Shown one piece after another: positions 60,601 to 64,000 of a DNA stretch of 64,000 nt. Position 1 is the first letter of the stretch. Each line of letters starts with the position of its first letter. The stretch lies in contig JAUPSS010000004.1 in NCBI GenBank assembly GCA_040285825.1, positions 3,541,658-3,605,657 on the forward strand. The letters run 5' to 3'. The position numbers were made by a program, and so were the translations under genes. The notes beneath the pieces were generated by a model, which ran no database searches, was not told where the DNA came from, and worked only from the letters and a program-made list of their open reading frames with translations. The DNA comes from Eukaryota sp. TZLM1-RC (lineage: Eukaryota > Protista > Metamonada: BaSk clade).

Positions 60601-60711
60601 TCTGATGGTAGAGGATTTTTTATTAATTCGCTTTTGCCCTCAAGTCCTTTGTTGAGACCTGCTACAGGGAAAAGAGATGGCGGAAGAAAACAGTTTAAAA
60701 AATATATTTAA
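57631..60711 (+). CDS. Large Ser-rich, partly coiled-coil protein of unknown function
   Basis: More than 1000 open codons in AT-rich DNA. First ATG at 57631. No motif recognised. Confidence 0.85.
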   Translation: MPSSSPRKSRRSLSAIPQMDPFFSSCLDALTENTQQSVYHHLSDYNDPCTIEDLSPKSHRDPDIEQEAERRLSLIKANPFSKPLPQPLSTSTNPSLVHLTPRTMRSVLTGSKGTTPIRKKEISYNHLLKEDHVDSLLYKRRPHTAATRTVPQTVAQLLKGKHSSRKVTRMSPSRRPVSHIDSADLKKEGLWREESEAEESMTVEREGQNVETDDVVGQKDEVESCLVKESQDSNDLFKTLDSLSSQSNKPLTNQTTNQFVHEKISFAGPQRSIDDLINDPFRGLYSGLSLSSKSTKVKGSGDQVKIFENLAKNLLKKVENSVHTIQDNQANSEDINYQIGILNELKIILESVDRDAMFKEELINLPDYEIRDKLLTVSRDHDELKSKYSDLRETNCMLELRLQSMEKAVMDVLGQFLNEKNEADRLRERIKLLQSEANQSTSQVLVETAISCGNLTESDVDCVDSGELGPPMTKATNTYSKVGLKFDRFIDKSNQTFQMSSDKSVSVNFNLLDQQDNATDDLFDIPSIGRQAVCFGQTDKNQEKGKAESKVLPKILSVEHLYAKSFLDNSRSQRRSSNSEPFRHSNVTIESSVPMYSKSKNSVTQSRNFSNQVDFNQSNNQLINQSNNQSCIECEANKLRLSILEQSISSYTNELSLVKQRLGTHLANSFSLEGFKEQGTQMSTRSMLSICPLHRRTFFPSSLPRPLSSKEVSGWGKEQKQEGFHEGKQLDKEVQVEASIDLNPASLKEFETDLTRVQNGNSTYSMTKSKNSMDSMSRHCFKEGDFGDSLDKSEPVFSDFNEDYPSSTSNASRIYSGGLASNQIDNTWDILNSSIKSKSPSLSICPLPSMSVGSIIDFGKEQRDQHKVSKEPVDQSVSPIEPFPFANTLSPTLSVEKVNEHSVGILPKSLTTTKRPLKPPKTIKRISCLRIVPLFSEFISLSETPFATPTTRVYSTQRTPSATASRPSSTLPSPFRLDLSSVEVDGDVTSSDGRGFFINSLLPSSPLLRPATGKRDGGRKQFKKYI

Positions 60712-60773
60712 AATCTTTTGTAAATACATCATTTATTGCTTTTTTTATTTATTTTTCATAAATACATAATTAT

Positions 60774-61916
60774 CTAATATTTCAAATATTCTTCAAAACT
60801 GTTGAAAAGCAAACCCTGTCTCGCTGCGTGTTCCCAGTGTCCATAAAACTGGTGAAGCTTTCGCCAGTTCAATCCTTTGTTCCACAGGACAGAGAGCCTT
60901 GACTCTGAGGTTGGTGGATGGTATAGATGAACTAGAAACTCTTCAGGCAGAACGAATGGTTGGAAGTTTAGAATTTGTAGGTGGCTGGAGTGCTGCATTT
61001 TGTTACGAAAACCATATGGAAAGCGCTCATCAAATGGTGGTGTTGTCAACCTGTGGGTTATGAAATATGGTTCATTACGTGGATCATTGAAGGCCGTAGG
61101 AATAATGGACCCACTGTTCTGCCACACGTCATACCTTGTTAGATTATGAGCAACAGGGAAGATATGATCAAATGTGTCAATTAATCCAATGTTGAGAAGT
61201 GATAACAATGCTGTTTTGGTTGAAGGAACTTCAATCCCTGCAGCGTAAGGTGGTTGCTCAAAAGCCGGTACAATGTAAACCTCACCAACAGATGGTAGTG
61301 GAGCATGTACAAGTCCAGGAGACGGTATAAAATCAACATCTAACCAGATCTGGTGCGTAGTCTCTACCATTCTGATCACATGGTTTCGGATAGAGTTGAT
61401 GGGCAGAATATCTGTATATCCAAATACAACATCTATGGACACGTCTCTTTGCTTGAGTTGGGTAAAATATTCACTGTCAATAAACGTACAAAGATCCTCC
61501 ACATGGTTTGGTCGTATAAGCAGAACAGCTTTGACAGGACCAGAAAATGCCTGCACCTGAGAATAAAACCTTTCGCGTCTACTGAAAGAAAAGAAGGTTG
61601 TTAAAGTGAGTGATGGTGTTGACGAGGAGTTGACTGCAGTAGACACCCTACTCCTTAACAATGGAACAGAATCTAATTGAAATCTAAAACCATGTTTGGC
61701 GAACCATGGAATCACTGGTAATTTACGTTCTTGAAGTCGTGAGGGTATTATTATGGATCCTTGGCAAAAATGTTCTATTTCTTCCATGTTTCTGGGGAAG
61801 GTAGGCTCTCCAAGATTATAGAAACAAAGGCATATGCTGAACACCGCACACACCACCGCTAAGAGCACATTCAGCCTGTTGATCACTTGTAAAGTAACAT
61901 CAGATATCTTGACCAT
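60774..61916 (-). CDS. Glycosyltransferase family 49 (LARGE/B4GAT1-like), type II membrane protein
   Basis: N-terminal TM helix; PINSIRN, LDVDFIPS, IVPAFE, EPYFI, PFDERF..GFRNKMQH, VLPEEFLVH. Confidence 0.88.
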   Translation of the reverse strand: MVKISDVTLQVINRLNVLLAVVCAVFSICLCFYNLGEPTFPRNMEEIEHFCQGSIIIPSRLQERKLPVIPWFAKHGFRFQLDSVPLLRSRVSTAVNSSSTPSLTLTTFFSFSRRERFYSQVQAFSGPVKAVLLIRPNHVEDLCTFIDSEYFTQLKQRDVSIDVVFGYTDILPINSIRNHVIRMVETTHQIWLDVDFIPSPGLVHAPLPSVGEVYIVPAFEQPPYAAGIEVPSTKTALLSLLNIGLIDTFDHIFPVAHNLTRYDVWQNSGSIIPTAFNDPRNEPYFITHRLTTPPFDERFPYGFRNKMQHSSHLQILNFQPFVLPEEFLVHLYHPPTSESRLSVLWNKGLNWRKLHQFYGHWEHAARQGLLFNSFEEYLKY

Positions 61917-62142
61917 CAAAATAGTAGCAACTAGAAGTTGTCACGACAATGTTGATTTGGCAGGTATCATTTCAAGAAAACGATATCTTTATGGAGATAA
62001 AGATGATTGATCAAGAAGGTTAAACAAGTTTATTAAAGCATCATTCAGCAACAGTACGGAGGGGCTTCACTAGTGAGGTAGCTAGATTACACCAATTACT
62101 GGACAAAAGACACAAATAATCAACACAAACAGTACAGATAAC

Positions 62143-64000
62143 CTAGTCAAGCAAAGCTGCCAACTCTGGGTCCATGGGAAGACCCTGCATGGATTGAGCC
62201 ACATGATCAACTCCTCTTTGCATAGCAGGAGGTAGATCTATCTTCTCCAACTTCTTTCTGGGAACAACAGCCTCATCCAAGGACCATTGAAGATTCTGAA
62301 GAGCGTGGTGATCTTCCCTTGAATGAGGAATTTTCCACAGTTCATAACAACTTTGTGCAATGGTCACGTGTTCATCAGGAGGAGTGATTCCATGAATCAT
62401 TCTGTTATAGACCGCTTCCAGAGAGCCTATTTGATGATGACAGTGATCAACAGCAGATTTACTGAGATAGGTGAAGAATTCAGATTCACACTTGTTAAAG
62501 TCAAACAAAGCTCTGACATCAATACCCCCAACGTCTGTTCTTGAACGCTGCTGCCTTGTCCTCTCTTGGCGATGTATTTCCAACAGGTTGTTAGTCTCTG
62601 TTAACTTTTCAATGATGGAAAGACGTGCATCCTCCCTTAGATTTTGTATCTGCCACTCACTTCCTCCAAAATGAAGACCCTGGCAAACGATATAACGCTC
62701 CGAATTACCAGGTCTTGAAGTGACAGGCTTGAAAATAGAAAATCTGGTGAATGAGATGTATAAAAGATATAATAAAGATACTGTGAATGGAGAAAACACA
62801 TCAAAAACTTTTAAAACAAAAGATCCTCCATGACGGAGAATTCGAAACATCGACACTATTTGGCCAAGTACCAGCTGTTTCATCAACAATTCCTGAAGAT
62901 TCCACCAATCAGAAACGTCAGAACCTCCATCAGCAACCACCACGTCAACCCCACGCGACCGGTTAACAACTATAAAAGCAAATCTCTCAACATTTTTTGT
63001 GTTGGTGATATCTCCGCTCCCCTTTGGCTCAATTTGATCAAAATGAACCCGATCACCACTTTTGATATATTTATCATTACCGAAAAGTATTTGCAAATGT
63101 TTCCCATTCTCGGCTCTTTCGTAAGCAACTGTATTAAAATCATGAATCCTCCATGTATCCCGGTCATGTGCTAATGAAAAGCCATATCCTCTGGCCCTAC
63201 CCCCAGTTCTCCATATAATATACTCAGAAAAACCACCAGGAGCAGCACAAAGATCTGCGAATAAAAGGTAGTTCTTATCAGCTGGATGACCTCGGAGATA
63301 AGGACGTAAAAAGCCATAAGCCGAGTCGATATTGGCCATCTTTACCGCAGCTCTGTTAATGAAACAAGCTTTTCCAATCTGCTCATAAGGATTCATCTCA
63401 TTCCTCGCCCTTCTGAAACCTGCAGCATTAACCTTGTATAATTCATCAAACTTGGACTTAGTTTCACCCAGTTTCTCGACCAATTCAATGGTAACAGGAG
63501 GCTTAAAAGACATTGAGTTCCAAGCAGTTTGCAGGCTTTCTCCCCATTCTCCAATGTACAAATGATAGACCCTGTCGAGGTATGATAGGAGTTCAGTAAT
63601 GTCAATCTTAGAGGACCTATCCAAATGATGTCGAGCTTCAACAATTTGGAAAGTAGAACCCTGGACTTGGTATTCGGGTTCAGGAGGAGGTGGAGGTTGA
63701 GGTATCTCTTCTTCAAAGTCAAGACCGTATCTGTGATACTCATGGACCGGAGGGACCAAAAGGGAAGAGAGTTTCTCGTGAGAGTGCTCAGGGTCGAATC
63801 CGGCAATGCGAAAGAGACTCTTTACCCTAAAAGGGATGTAATTGGAAGTTGAAGAGCTGACCTTTTTTCCATGTGACTTTGCCTTTTCAGTAACGATCTT
63901 TTGAGTAACAGAGGATGAAGATGTTAATTCGTCCTGGACTGTGACATTTATGTGGCGAGAGGCTGTGCCATTCCTTTTGCGACGTTTGAGCAAGTATGAC
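62143..64000 (-). CDS. CMTR1: Cap-specific mRNA (nucleoside-2'-O)-methyltransferase 1-like, 5' end outside the window
   Basis: NPYEQI..FINRAAVKMANID, FADLCAAPGGFSEY, ADGG, FVLKVFD, KPVTSRPGNSERY. The frame is open to the window edge. Confidence 0.92.
   Translation of the reverse strand, partial: SYLLKRRKRNGTASRHINVTVQDELTSSSSVTQKIVTEKAKSHGKKVSSSTSNYIPFRVKSLFRIAGFDPEHSHEKLSSLLVPPVHEYHRYGLDFEEEIPQPPPPPEPEYQVQGSTFQIVEARHHLDRSSKIDITELLSYLDRVYHLYIGEWGESLQTAWNSMSFKPPVTIELVEKLGETKSKFDELYKVNAAGFRRARNEMNPYEQIGKACFINRAAVKMANIDSAYGFLRPYLRGHPADKNYLLFADLCAAPGGFSEYIIWRTGGRARGYGFSLAHDRDTWRIHDFNTVAYERAENGKHLQILFGNDKYIKSGDRVHFDQIEPKGSGDITNTKNVERFAFIVVNRSRGVDVVVADGGSDVSDWWNLQELLMKQLVLGQIVSMFRILRHGGSFVLKVFDVFSPFTVSLLYLLYISFTRFSIFKPVTSRPGNSERYIVCQGLHFGGSEWQIQNLREDARLSIIEKLTETNNLLEIHRQERTRQQRSRTDVGGIDVRALFDFNKCESEFFTYLSKSAVDHCHHQIGSLEAVYNRMIHGITPPDEHVTIAQSCYELWKIPHSREDHHALQNLQWSLDEAVVPRKKLEKIDLPPAMQRGVDHVAQSMQGLPMDPELAALLD

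Overview
AT-rich, gene-dense eukaryotic (protist-like) DNA with the standard genetic code and short 28-34 nt spliceosomal introns. All counts and coordinates below were read by eye. (1) A ~6.6 kb cassette (Q-rich microprotein, Pho80/Pcl-type cyclin, H3-H2B-H2A-H4 quartet, ~2.4 kb ORF-poor DNA) occurs twice in inverted orientation, at ~501-7078 and ~22471-42525. The right copy is inflated to ~20 kb by nested retroelements. (2) Between the arms are single-copy genes: a UBE3B/C-type HECT ligase, a TM2 protein, XPF/ERCC4, dyskerin/CBF5, a WD40-like protein and a dysbindin-like protein. (3) All eight histone genes carry a divergent 16-nt 3' stem-loop, GGTGTT-T(T/A)TC-AACACT. (4) At least four families of CRE-like RLE non-LTR retrotransposons are dispersed here, with 7-13 bp TSDs and no shared target site. 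A decayed Ty3/gypsy element has 154-bp LTRs and a chromodomain-like integrase tail. (5) An 8-unit, ~1.1 kb tandem array (45241-55756) amplifies the RT catalytic core of a non-LTR element and shows 3-unit higher-order periodicity. (6) The right part also holds a HAD hydrolase, a large orphan ORF, a GT49 glycosyltransferase and CMTR1. The dyskerin intron appears to be GA-AG.
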